From: a virus
Lineage: Duplodnaviria; Caudoviricetes
Virus record (IMG/VR): IMGVR_UViG_3300042556_001057
Location: 1 to 25,685 of that record
Strand: one strand, 5' to 3'
DNA: 25,685 nucleotides
How positions within the stretch are numbered: the stretch's first letter is position 1; every line of letters starts with the position of its first letter. The notes beneath the pieces were generated by a model. The model was given only the letters and a program-made list of their open reading frames with translations, was not told where the DNA came from and ran no database searches. The position numbers and the translations under genes were made by a program. Shown one piece after another: positions 16,511 through 25,159 of this stretch.

Positions 16511-17246
16511 AAAATTTTACTTGATTGTAGAGTTCAATATCACACCACATCCATTGTTCGATATTGTATTTTTTAAACTCATCGTTCAACATGGCATATT
16601 TAATTAGTTCCTTAAGTTTACGCTTGAGACTAGGTACATAACTATTTGATTCGCTGCTGTTTATTTTTTCAGCGTTGAGTAAACTATTTGTTTGTCCTTC
16701 AGAATCTAAAAAACTGGCCAAGTTTTTGTTTAGATTATTGTCAAATTTAAACCATATTGTATTATCAATATCAAGATTTTTTAAGAATGAGCATTGCCTA
16801 TCTGTGTGATCATCAAATATGACTTTTTCAAAAAGCAATGCTAAACCTAGCTTCTCGCCTAATAATGGCAAATATTCATAATTAAAAGGATCTGCTAAAT
16901 TTCCTAACACATTTTCGTGATACAAAAACAAGTATTCAACTATACCACTTAGCCATCTATCAATTGGATCTCTTAAAATGGCAATTGTTTTTTCTGAAGG
17001 AAACTCGCCATAACTAGCATGTTCCCAATTTAATTTAGTTAAATTTTTTACAATGAATGTACTAGCATTTTTTGGTATTTTAAATATAAAAAATTTCCTG
17101 TCAGGACTAATTAACCCTTCGCCATAACTGTGTCCTTTTGATGCCCACAATCTAGTGTAATCAATATCAATTATGTTGTTGTTAAATTTTATTATATCTA
17201 ATTCTTTGTAAGAAAAATCTAATTTATTTTCTGAATTTTCTAACAA
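16497..17246 (-). CDS. Sulfotransferase-like protein (Sulfotransfer_2-type), paralog of 11986-12639
   Basis: KIPKNASTFI, ILRDPIDRWLSG, DDHTDRQ and DIELY; probable TTG start at 17246 with GAGGA at 17253-17257 (ORF track start 17339 lies inside the clamp gene). Confidence 0.6.
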   Translation of the reverse strand: MLENSENKLDFSYKELDIIKFNNNIIDIDYTRLWASKGHSYGEGLISPDRKFFIFKIPKNASTFIVKNLTKLNWEHASYGEFPSEKTIAILRDPIDRWLSGIVEYLFLYHENVLGNLADPFNYEYLPLLGEKLGLALLFEKVIFDDHTDRQCSFLKNLDIDNTIWFKFDNNLNKNLASFLDSEGQTNSLLNAEKINSSESNSYVPSLKRKLKELIKYAMLNDEFKKYNIEQWMWCDIELYNQVKFYDTR

Positions 17247-17259
17247 AACTGATCCTCTA

Positions 17260-17982
17260 TTATTTTTGTTGCGCTGGTAGAATATAGTTATAGATAGCCA
17301 ATCCAGAGTCAACTGTAATCTGTGCAGCGCCTTCATCACTAAAACGAATCATTTTATTACCAGATAAACTTAAAATGCTTATAACAGCAGTTACTGGCCA
17401 TGACCATGCTTTGGTTAAAGATCCAGCAACATCGTGTGCAAAAACAAAGTTACCAGCATGACTACTATGGTCACCAAAATAGAAAACTAAATTATTATTT
17501 TCTGTGCGAGCAATAAAGGTTGTCTCTTCGCTGTTGGCCTGTGCTTGAAATTTAAGTCTTTGAATAGCAGCTACGCTAGGTTCAATTTCAACACCCCATT
17601 TTACACCTTTAAACTTTACAGTTTTTAATTTATCATTGACAATTTCTGCGCTCATAAAACGATAGTCATTTTTAAAATCTCCTGCTTTGTTTTCAAAGTG
17701 AACACCATTTGGGGCACTATCATCTTTTTTAGTAATAGCTAACTCAGCATCTTCTTTATATTCCGGAATATTTAGAATTGTGTTTAGTTTACCTAAATTT
17801 GGCATTCCAAAAGTGCCAATAAATTCTGGAACAGGATTATGAAACTGTGCATGCATAATTACAGTTCTTTCCTCGCCAACTGCTTCAATTATAGTTGTAT
17901 TTGAATCACCTACAATTTTAACTAGGTCAATTACACCTAAGCTATGTGTGTGCTGAACAATATCTTGCAAATAATCTTTCAT
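17260..17982 (-). CDS. Probable DNA polymerase sliding clamp (gp45/PCNA-like)
   Basis: 240 aa with a beta/alpha pattern typical of clamps (FGMPNLGKLNTIL, IRFSDEGAAQITVDSG, YILPA end); near polB; SD GGAG. Confidence 0.6.
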   Translation of the reverse strand: MKDYLQDIVQHTHSLGVIDLVKIVGDSNTTIIEAVGEERTVIMHAQFHNPVPEFIGTFGMPNLGKLNTILNIPEYKEDAELAITKKDDSAPNGVHFENKAGDFKNDYRFMSAEIVNDKLKTVKFKGVKWGVEIEPSVAAIQRLKFQAQANSEETTFIARTENNNLVFYFGDHSSHAGNFVFAHDVAGSLTKAWSWPVTAVISILSLSGNKMIRFSDEGAAQITVDSGLAIYNYILPAQQK

Positions 17983-18007
17983 GTATCAATCTCCAATTAA
18001 TAATAAA

Positions 18008-18036
18008 ATAATAACGTTTTTTTGTACTAATGTCAA
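18008..18036 (-). promoter_or_regulatory. Sigma70-type promoter for the clamp gene
   Basis: TTGACA (18036-18031), 17-bp spacer, TATTAT (18013-18008). Confidence 0.65.
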
Positions 18037-18965
18037 TTTACTTTTGATTTTATTTCACCAAGTGTTTGACTTGCCTTGATAGTTTTAAGTTCTCCTGGCT
18101 TTTTAAATTCAATCATACTAAAAGCAGGTTCGCTGTCAAAAGAAAAAATTGTTTCGTAACCTAAACTCTCGGCCATTGGTACTAAAATACTTTTTGGCAC
18201 ATATGTCATAAAATAAGTTTCTGCATAAGATGCAGCAGCAGGAAGGTCGGCGTTATTGTATGTAAAAACAATCTTTCCACCAGGTCTTAACCAGTTTAGT
18301 GATTGTAAGAGATACTGTTTGATAGTATCTAGACTTAGGTAATTAAAAAAATTATAACTAAAAATAAATCCAAATTGATTAACAGGCAAATTTTTTATTT
18401 CGTAGTAATTTTTAATTAGATATTTTCTTACTCTACTTTGATAAAGCGGTGGAAATTGTTCTAACGCCGAATTAAAGAATTCTGGAAAAAAATCTGCCAC
18501 GTACAAAGGGTCACTGGCAACTAACAATTTAGTCCATTCTCCATTTCTGCAGCCTATTTCTAAGGCTGGATAGCGCCAGTCGCTATAAAGATTAATTCTT
18601 TGCTTAAGAACAGTTTCAAAATCTACATCCGGTCTTATTTGTCTGATACTCGTTATTGATTCAGGATCTATATATTCCAATTCAAATTGATAGTTTTCGG
18701 CAAAAAATTTTGTTGATAGTTCATCTATTTTGCTTTGCACATACTCAATGATAAATTGAATTTGATTAATATCACTTAAGAAGTGGTTAAAATTTTGTTT
18801 ATGATTGTTTACTACTTCTAAAATACGAGAAGAAATGTCCTGATCAGTATCTTTTGTTAAATTTTCCATTCGCGCACAATTACATTCAATCTCAGACTGA
18901 ATTGTGGACATTTTCAGGGATTGTCTAAGTTGATTTCTTAAACTTACTAATTCGTTTAGTTTCAT
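18033..18965 (-). CDS. Class I SAM-dependent methyltransferase with an N-terminal helical extension
   Basis: ALEIGCRNG (motif I), FGFIFSYNFFNYL and WLRPGGKIVF; AT-rich. Confidence 0.75.
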   Translation of the reverse strand: MKLNELVSLRNQLRQSLKMSTIQSEIECNCARMENLTKDTDQDISSRILEVVNNHKQNFNHFLSDINQIQFIIEYVQSKIDELSTKFFAENYQFELEYIDPESITSIRQIRPDVDFETVLKQRINLYSDWRYPALEIGCRNGEWTKLLVASDPLYVADFFPEFFNSALEQFPPLYQSRVRKYLIKNYYEIKNLPVNQFGFIFSYNFFNYLSLDTIKQYLLQSLNWLRPGGKIVFTYNNADLPAAASYAETYFMTYVPKSILVPMAESLGYETIFSFDSEPAFSMIEFKKPGELKTIKASQTLGEIKSKVN

Positions 18966-18991
18966 TGAATGTCATTAAATGCATAGTTTAT

Positions 18992-21652
18992 TTATTCAAA
19001 GGTGAATAATGCATCAAAGGTTGTTTTTATATCAGTATGAGACGGAATATCCCAGTCTAGTACACCTAATAGATTTTCTACTTTCTGGTCCACAATAGTA
19101 GCTTCCATTAACCCGTCATCAAATGGTAAGTCTTTAAACCATTGTGGAATATGGCTTTCGTCTGTAGGATAACCAACTGATGTGTAACCTAGTGCATTGT
19201 CTTTTAGTTTACACACAATAGTTTTCATACCGTCCACAATAGACATGCTATAATTATCACCGTGCATTCTACGTAAATTGTTCCAATTGAGTGCTGCACG
19301 TACATGTCCTGGCATGTTTGCACGACCTAGCCGTTCTTCTTCTTTGCCATACTTGGTCAGATTGTTAACACGCTTGGGTGTACCTTTTTCCCATGCAGGT
19401 CTATCTTGGAACGCAATCTTAAACTGACGCACACGATCATATATTTCTTCTCGTTCTGCGCCAGTTAGTACAGCCGTTAATAGTTCACTCAAGAAGTCTT
19501 GTACAATCTTAGGAGTATCCGATCGCTTCAAGTCAAGACCCATTGCCTTGACCTTGCCTGGTTTGCCGTGAGTGTCTAGCCGGTTGCCTTCCAAGTCATA
19601 GATAAGAACCGCATAGCGTTTCTTTTTTATGAATAATCCCTTTGACGCAACAAGCTCACGTCCTCCCTTGATAAGTTCGCCCATGGCTCTAGGCACGTGA
19701 CAAGCTCGTTCCATAAAGGCTGGAAAGCTTGTGTTGACTTGATCGGCAATACTGTCGTAGAGTTGAGCACAGATGTCTTTGTTCCATTCCATTCTACCGG
19801 CTTCAACTTCTGATCTAACCGCAGGCCAAGCAGTAAAATAGCATGAATCAGTGTCTCCGTAGATGATACTTTCACCCGTATGGTCGTATTTTCCGAATAT
19901 GCATTCATTGATGTATGCATCCATATGTCTGGCAATGATACGTCCAGTGAGCGTAGTACTTTGACCAATTCTTTTGTCAAAAAATCTACAACCTGGGTTG
20001 AGGATTGCTCCGTAGAGACTGTTAAGATTAATCTTTTTGACCAGCTGTCTTTTGTCCCAGAATGCTTTATCTTCATCAGTAATTGCCTCTTTCTTCTTGG
20101 CCTGTAGTTCTTTGCGTTCAGCGTACCAACGTTCTAGTAAGCCAGGAACAACTGCTTTTTGTTCATAACTGAATATAGTTCCATTGGCCGATAACATCCA
20201 AGGTTGATTACTGTCAAAGATCATTCTCCAGATGTCAGCGGCACTCATAACATCGGATCCGCCGGCTTCCCAATCAATAGTAATTTCTGTTCCAGGTTCG
20301 GCATTCATTACAGCAGTGTATTCAAGACTACCAAACATATTTTCCCAGGCATCTGCAAAACTACTACCTGAACTTATTTTTTCTTGAATATACCTGTCAG
20401 TCATTATCGGTCTAAATTGGCCAATGATGGACTCTTGTGCCATGTTAAGAGCGCGGATTGCTGACGGGTAGAGACTGTTGATGTCAATTGCACCGATCCA
20501 GTCGTGCATGCCCCTTTTGGGGTAAGCAACATAGGCACCTGCTGCTTGTGTGTCACCTTGATCATCTCTATTTTTCCTATTAGGTACTACCATTCCACGT
20601 TGATGTGCTTCGTTAATAATTGCCTGTTCTGTGACTGCTACCGCACCCATTGTTGTTTGTAGCAACACAGTATTATCGTGTGCAAGTTCATTGGCTAGAT
20701 CTAGGAAACGCAGTTTCTTGTCTAGTTTGGCAACAAGCATGGTGTCTTGCCTGTTGTAGTCAATGAACTTGGGAAAGTCTTTGTTATACAATTGATCTAG
20801 TGTGCCTTCGTACTGTGTCTTGCGTTCTTCCAGTTCATATTCACCAATGGCATCCAGACTGTAACTGTGGCGTTCTTCGTATGTGTATTTGCGATACAGT
20901 TGCATATAGTCCATATGCACACGACCAATCAAGTCAAATGTCAAGTTCTCTGCACCAAAGCGTTCAAATGTTCTTTGTTTGGGTAATTGACCCCAGAGAC
21001 AAAATCGACGAGTGTCATCTTTATTCAGTACTCTGGTTATACGCATAACCATATACGGAATATCAAAGCCTTCTGAGTTCCAACCACTTAGTATGTCTGC
21101 GTCATCGATTATATCTAAGAACGTGTTTAGTAGATCTTCTTCGCGTTCAAATAAAAAACAATTATCATATTGATTGCAAATTTCTTGTGCGGTTTCCCAA
21201 CTGTAACTTTTAGGAGGAACAACAAGAGTAACCATTTTGTTTATCCAGTCAAGATACACACTGATGGCAGTAATTGGGTTGAACGGATCTTCGGGTCGAC
21301 TAAAACCTCTTACCGGATCAAAGTCAACCTCAATGTCAAAAAACGCAGTATGTAGCTGGGGAGAGATCGCCCCCAAATAGTTTTCTTCGAGACAGCGGAA
21401 TACTGGATTAATATCCGACTCCCAAAGTCGTTTGTTAGAATTGATGCGTAATTCTTTTTGGAATTCCTTCTGTGAACGACTCGAAAACCTGCTAACGGGA
21501 GTACCATACACAGTGCGAAATTTACCACGCGGGTCATCGTAGTAAAAGATATAGGACGCGGGATATTCTTTGTATACACGTTCACCACTGACACGTTCAA
21601 CAATGTGGATACGATCCTGGTTACGGTCATATAGTGCGTCAACATAGCTCAT
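18992..21652 (-). CDS. Family B DNA polymerase (T4 gp43-like) with 3'-5' exonuclease
   Basis: ExoI FFDIEV, ExoII GWNSEGFDIPY, ExoIII YNRQD, motif A DINSLYPS, motif B KINLNSLYG, motif C YGDTDS, KKRYA. Confidence 0.97.
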   Translation of the reverse strand: MSYVDALYDRNQDRIHIVERVSGERVYKEYPASYIFYYDDPRGKFRTVYGTPVSRFSSRSQKEFQKELRINSNKRLWESDINPVFRCLEENYLGAISPQLHTAFFDIEVDFDPVRGFSRPEDPFNPITAISVYLDWINKMVTLVVPPKSYSWETAQEICNQYDNCFLFEREEDLLNTFLDIIDDADILSGWNSEGFDIPYMVMRITRVLNKDDTRRFCLWGQLPKQRTFERFGAENLTFDLIGRVHMDYMQLYRKYTYEERHSYSLDAIGEYELEERKTQYEGTLDQLYNKDFPKFIDYNRQDTMLVAKLDKKLRFLDLANELAHDNTVLLQTTMGAVAVTEQAIINEAHQRGMVVPNRKNRDDQGDTQAAGAYVAYPKRGMHDWIGAIDINSLYPSAIRALNMAQESIIGQFRPIMTDRYIQEKISSGSSFADAWENMFGSLEYTAVMNAEPGTEITIDWEAGGSDVMSAADIWRMIFDSNQPWMLSANGTIFSYEQKAVVPGLLERWYAERKELQAKKKEAITDEDKAFWDKRQLVKKINLNSLYGAILNPGCRFFDKRIGQSTTLTGRIIARHMDAYINECIFGKYDHTGESIIYGDTDSCYFTAWPAVRSEVEAGRMEWNKDICAQLYDSIADQVNTSFPAFMERACHVPRAMGELIKGGRELVASKGLFIKKKRYAVLIYDLEGNRLDTHGKPGKVKAMGLDLKRSDTPKIVQDFLSELLTAVLTGAEREEIYDRVRQFKIAFQDRPAWEKGTPKRVNNLTKYGKEEERLGRANMPGHVRAALNWNNLRRMHGDNYSMSIVDGMKTIVCKLKDNALGYTSVGYPTDESHIPQWFKDLPFDDGLMEATIVDQKVENLLGVLDWDIPSHTDIKTTFDALFTFE

Positions 21653-21660
21653 AGGTTATA

Positions 21661-21689
21661 ATTATATTACGAAAGTAAAAGTCTAGCAA
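21661..21689 (-). promoter_or_regulatory. Sigma70-type promoter immediately upstream of polB
   Basis: TTGCTA (21689-21684), 17-bp spacer, TATAAT (21666-21661); ATG 8 nt downstream. Confidence 0.5.
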
Positions 21690-21957
21690 GTCCAATGGCA
21701 TCAATTGTAGTCAACAATAGGTAGTTAGCAAGCATGCCAAAAGACCGCCTGGTATAAGCTGCCCAAGCATATATAGCACAACCAACAATCCACACAGGGT
21801 AAAGTACCAAGAGGGGAGGGTATGGAACGGTAAGTGCCATTCCAATAGCACAGCCAATACTAATAAGCCAAGCAACAAACTCGGCAACAAAGCGAACGGG
21901 ATTGCTGCGCCAATCATCTATAATCCATGCTAATATACCAGATACGGCATCAATCAA
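21667..21957 (-). CDS. Small membrane protein (about 3 TM helices)
   Basis: Hydrophobic segments throughout; overlaps the upstream stop. Confidence 0.7.
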   Translation of the reverse strand: MIDAVSGILAWIIDDWRSNPVRFVAEFVAWLISIGCAIGMALTVPYPPLLVLYPVWIVGCAIYAWAAYTRRSFGMLANYLLLTTIDAIGLARLLLS

Positions 21958-22214
21958 AGAGTTTTACCTACAGTTTGAAGAATAGTGTTTAGCTCTTCGT
22001 TGTCGGCGTTTTCTTCGCCTAGTTTTGATTTGAATGCAGTACGGATCGCTTTTTTAAGAATAGAAGGCTTGATTTCCATTTCTTCAGCTACTGCTTTGAT
22101 GGTATCACTTAGACCTGCATTGAGATCTTCGACTTCTTGCATAATAGTCATGCCTTCATTGATGATTTGTATAAGTTTGGCCTTTTGTTCTGCAGAGAAC
22201 ATTCTTGAACTCAT
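21954..22214 (-). CDS. Phage dsDNA-binding protein (T4 DsbA/GapR-like)
   Basis: 86-aa helical protein, DTIKAVAEEMEIKPSILKKAIR pattern; SD AGGAG. Confidence 0.6.
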   Translation of the reverse strand: MSSRMFSAEQKAKLIQIINEGMTIMQEVEDLNAGLSDTIKAVAEEMEIKPSILKKAIRTAFKSKLGEENADNEELNTILQTVGKTL

Positions 22215-22239
22215 AATATCTCCTAAGTAAAAAAATAAT

Positions 22240-22268
22240 ATTTTATATGTTTTTTATTAATAAATCAA
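22240..22268 (-). promoter_or_regulatory. Sigma70-type promoter for the DsbA-like gene
   Basis: TTGATT (22268-22263), 17-bp spacer, TAAAAT (22245-22240); AT-rich context lowers specificity. Confidence 0.45.
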
Positions 22269-22772
22269 ATAAATTGATTGCCTAATTTTTTCTCTAACAG
22301 GATTAAGCATGCCATGAACAATCTGATATTTGTTGTCCATAAGATACCCTGTGTTTGGCTCAAAAGGAATAGTTATTTCTTCATCATTAATAATGAATGA
22401 CGTACCAAGGTCTTTATTACCGTCTACATAAATTTGTGCGGTCGGTAAATGAGTAAAATCGTCAGGATGCCAATGACTTTTAAATCCGATAAAGTCTCTC
22501 CATAAGAATAAGCCAGGAGGATTTCTTAAATTAGAACATTTAGTTAATTTAGACACAATCGGAACGGTTTCTATTGCGATATTGGCTAAATCTTGATAAA
22601 ATTGATCAGTCGGATTTAAAATTTCTAATCGATTTCTCATCGGTTCGTAGCGGCTTTGATATTCGTTACCTGGTAGATCAATTATTTTATATTTAATTTC
22701 TTCCCATTGATGGTCCGGAAGAAATTTTTCAATATGCCATAAACCGTCGGCTAATTTATTTTTTATTTGCAT
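22257..22772 (-). CDS. 2OG-Fe(II) oxygenase-like protein
   Basis: HxD (WHPDD), distal His (IVHGM) and RxS (IRQSIY) in the expected order. Confidence 0.7.
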   Translation of the reverse strand: MQIKNKLADGLWHIEKFLPDHQWEEIKYKIIDLPGNEYQSRYEPMRNRLEILNPTDQFYQDLANIAIETVPIVSKLTKCSNLRNPPGLFLWRDFIGFKSHWHPDDFTHLPTAQIYVDGNKDLGTSFIINDEEITIPFEPNTGYLMDNKYQIVHGMLNPVREKIRQSIYLIY

Positions 22773-22780
22773 AATTAGTT

Positions 22781-22852
22781 AGCTCACTTTAACTCTAAGG
22801 GCACGACTCCTTTGAGTAGCGCAGCAGCCGCGCACACCGGTCCTAAAGGTGT
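22781..22852 (-). ncRNA. Unassigned structured intergenic RNA candidate (three hairpins)
   Basis: ACACC/GGUGU, GCGC/GCGC and ACUC-AAGG/CCUU-GAGU stems back to back in a GC-rich intergenic island. Confidence 0.5.
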
Positions 22853-22854
22853 TC

Positions 22855-23049
22855 TTATTTTTTGGTTTCACACTGTCTGGTGCGAACAATTTTACCATCC
22901 GGGTCTATTGCTTCTTGCCATTCAGTACAAATCTGCGTTTCAGGTTTGAGTTTTTCTGCAGCCAACTTGTCCACTGTATAACTGGCAGTCATCCAGCCCA
23001 TGGCACTAAAGAAACCCCAAACTATCATGTATGGTATTTCACCTAGCAT
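22855..23049 (-). CDS. Small membrane-anchored hypothetical protein (64 aa)
   Basis: N-terminal hydrophobic helix and two Cys in the C-terminal part; overlaps the upstream gene end. Confidence 0.6.
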   Translation of the reverse strand: MLGEIPYMIVWGFFSAMGWMTASYTVDKLAAEKLKPETQICTEWQEAIDPDGKIVRTRQCETKK

Positions 23050-23617
23050 CTGCTATTTTCTTTTTGATGATTTCAATCACGTGATCATTAAGCACAACTT
23101 CATAATGATTACATTCTAGTTCGATTAATTCCATGATATCCGCCCTATGACTTTGACTGGCAATAGTAACAACACCATCGTTGGGTGCAGATATCCAAGG
23201 TGCCGATCCGGTTGTTGTCACAATGTTAGTCCATGGACGATGTAAATCAAATGCGTGTGCTTTTTTCATAGCCCATGAATTGGGACCTATGTCTTTAAGT
23301 AATCTACTGTAAGGTAAGAAATATTTTGCAACATCGGCTGATTCAGCCCCGCCATATGGTGTGCTCAGTGTTACTGCTCCTAGCACTTGATCTGCGAATT
23401 CCTGTGCAAGATGTAATGCGTATATACCACCCAGACTGTGACAAATAAAGAACATATCCTTTTGTGCGGATAAAAGTTCTTTCATAATTTCTAAATTTTT
23501 TTCAAAGCCATTTCTGCTGTCATAATTTATTAACAGCTCTTTGCCTTTGATTTGTCGTCTGATATAATTAAAGCTTTCACTGGTGGCACTGGCACCGTGA
23601 ATATAAACTAATAACAT
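23039..23617 (-). CDS. Alpha/beta hydrolase (lipase/esterase-like)
   Basis: YIHG, nucleophile elbow CHSLGG, LSTPYGG, NDGVVT and NHYE. Confidence 0.85.
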   Translation of the reverse strand: MLLVYIHGASATSESFNYIRRQIKGKELLINYDSRNGFEKNLEIMKELLSAQKDMFFICHSLGGIYALHLAQEFADQVLGAVTLSTPYGGAESADVAKYFLPYSRLLKDIGPNSWAMKKAHAFDLHRPWTNIVTTTGSAPWISAPNDGVVTIASQSHRADIMELIELECNHYEVVLNDHVIEIIKKKIADAR

Positions 23618-23624
23618 GATAAAC

Positions 23625-24059
23625 TTATTTAAGCGTTGCTCTCAACATCCAACTATGTTTTGCATGAGCGTCTTGCCTGCTGGCTAAAAAGTCACTGAGA
23701 CCATGGAAACCCAGTTCTTCAGCTGCTCTAAAAACTATACGGAACATTTCTCCCATGCGGTCGCTGTCTTGTAATAGTTCAACTAACATTGCTTCAGCTG
23801 GTAGGATTTCAGTTTCATCGTCAATTTGACTTAAAATACTAAATCTAGAGAATGACCCTGGAGTGTATGTACCAGTGGCACGAATTTCCTCAGCAAATTT
23901 ATCTATACTGCCATATACTTCTTCGTAGATGTTTCCAAGAAGTTCGTGATATTGCGGAAAATTAGGCCCTTCCACATTCCAATGAAAATAATGAGCTTTT
24001 AAATAAAAAGCATATTCACTAGCAAAAGCTATTTTTAGTGCGCGGTGTAACTCGTCCAT
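23625..24059 (-). CDS. dps: Dps family ferritin-like DNA protection protein
   Basis: KAHYFHWNVEGPNFPQYHELL, DKFAEEIR and KHSWML motifs. Confidence 0.92.
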   Translation of the reverse strand: MDELHRALKIAFASEYAFYLKAHYFHWNVEGPNFPQYHELLGNIYEEVYGSIDKFAEEIRATGTYTPGSFSRFSILSQIDDETEILPAEAMLVELLQDSDRMGEMFRIVFRAAEELGFHGLSDFLASRQDAHAKHSWMLRATLK

Positions 24060-24081
24060 ATTTAAACCTTAATACGAGTAT

Positions 24082-24231
24082 TTATCTGCCCTGGCCTCTA
24101 TTGAGTTTGAAGCTGCGTCTATAGCTTTTGTTCATTGAACTGGTTTTTGGTCTAATTCCGCCAATATGTGTGCGCTTGACCACATGATCAATTGCAGGTT
24201 TTCCTGATGCAGTTCCTTTTGCTTTTGCCAT
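24082..24231 (-). CDS. 49-aa basic protein (MAKAKGTASG...SFKLNRGQGR), below the ORF-track size cut-off
   Basis: Translated by hand; SD GGAGAG at 24236-24241; fills the gap between two genes; RGQG C-terminus recalls small proteins of T4-like phages. Confidence 0.75.
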   Translation of the reverse strand: MAKAKGTASGKPAIDHVVKRTHIGGIRPKTSSMNKSYRRSFKLNRGQGR

Positions 24232-24241
24232 TTTACTCTCC

Positions 24242-25156
24242 TTAGTTGAAATACTTTATTGGATTTCCAAAAAGTGTGTTGCTTTTTAATTTATTTAAGA
24301 AAAAATCTATTTCAAACGGTCTAAATCCTGCTAACATACTATATTCACGATTTCCTAATGAAATTTTATATTCACTAAAATCTTTAGCGAAACTAACTTT
24401 GCCTGCATAAAAAACATTATTTGTTACTTCATTTTTTAATACTTCTATATGATCCACTAATGTGTATCTATTCCAATTTAAAATTTCCTCAAATTCTCGT
24501 ATAAAATAGGTTCTACGATCTAAGTGTAAACTGTCTATATTAAGGAAAGATTCGTAAGGACGCCAAGGCAAAATGATCGTTGGTATTTTTAAAGTGTGTG
24601 CTAGGTGACACAGTCCTCCTTCGTAACCTATAACAGCTTCGCAATATTCATTTAACCAGTAGACCTTGTCTTCTAAATTTATAGCGTGATTGTCCAAAGT
24701 AACAACTTCATAACCACTGTCTTTGATTAGTTGAAAAATTTTGCTATATTGTTCCAAGCTCCAGTATCTATTGTTGGGCCAATTGGTATCTTGGGCATCA
24801 TAACTTTTTAAATGTTCATAATTTTGATAACAGGCAAGTGCTATGCAAGGTTTGTCAGTTTTATAGCCAACAGGTACTTGTTGATTGCGGATATGTATAT
24901 GTTCTGGGCTTAAATATGGACTGGTTAATTTTCCTACATCACTCAATTCCCAAAAGATATTATCCGACATATCGTCAGTCACTGATATGGTCAATTTATC
25001 GTCTGGGATATTATAAATTTTCTTTAAAGGAATCAAGCTGTGTGTTTCTGAATCCACTTGAATATGAAAGCTACGCTCAGAATTTAATAACATTGAAAGG
25101 AATGAGATGCTCATTCCTACTGCCATAGCCGAAGTTGTGTAATTTATTTTTTCCAT
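24242..25156 (-). CDS. GT9 (heptosyltransferase)-like glycosyltransferase-fold protein
   Basis: RYWSLEQY and AVIGYEGGLCHLAHTLKIPTIIL resemble the GT9 KxWp and DSGxxHxAxAxxxP motifs; AT-rich. Confidence 0.5.
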   Translation of the reverse strand: MEKINYTTSAMAVGMSISFLSMLLNSERSFHIQVDSETHSLIPLKKIYNIPDDKLTISVTDDMSDNIFWELSDVGKLTSPYLSPEHIHIRNQQVPVGYKTDKPCIALACYQNYEHLKSYDAQDTNWPNNRYWSLEQYSKIFQLIKDSGYEVVTLDNHAINLEDKVYWLNEYCEAVIGYEGGLCHLAHTLKIPTIILPWRPYESFLNIDSLHLDRRTYFIREFEEILNWNRYTLVDHIEVLKNEVTNNVFYAGKVSFAKDFSEYKISLGNREYSMLAGFRPFEIDFFLNKLKSNTLFGNPIKYFN

Positions 25157-25159
25157 TAA

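Noticed and set aside
18992-21652. Intein or intron in the DNA polymerase
   Set aside because: 886-aa uninterrupted ORF with normally spaced motifs and no intein-like insertion seen
6957-21917. Nested alternative-frame minus-strand ORFs (6957-7319, 9150-9479, 9867-10058, 11144-11326, 19627-20076, 21310-21645, 21711-21917)
   Set aside because: Fully inside conserved genes and without protein-like motifs; likely shadows of codon bias
22781-22852. tRNA, intrinsic terminator, or pistol/hammerhead ribozyme
   Set aside because: No acceptor stem or TTC loop, no U-tract after the stems, and I could not fit the pistol pseudoknot or the hammerhead CUGAnGA/GAAA core
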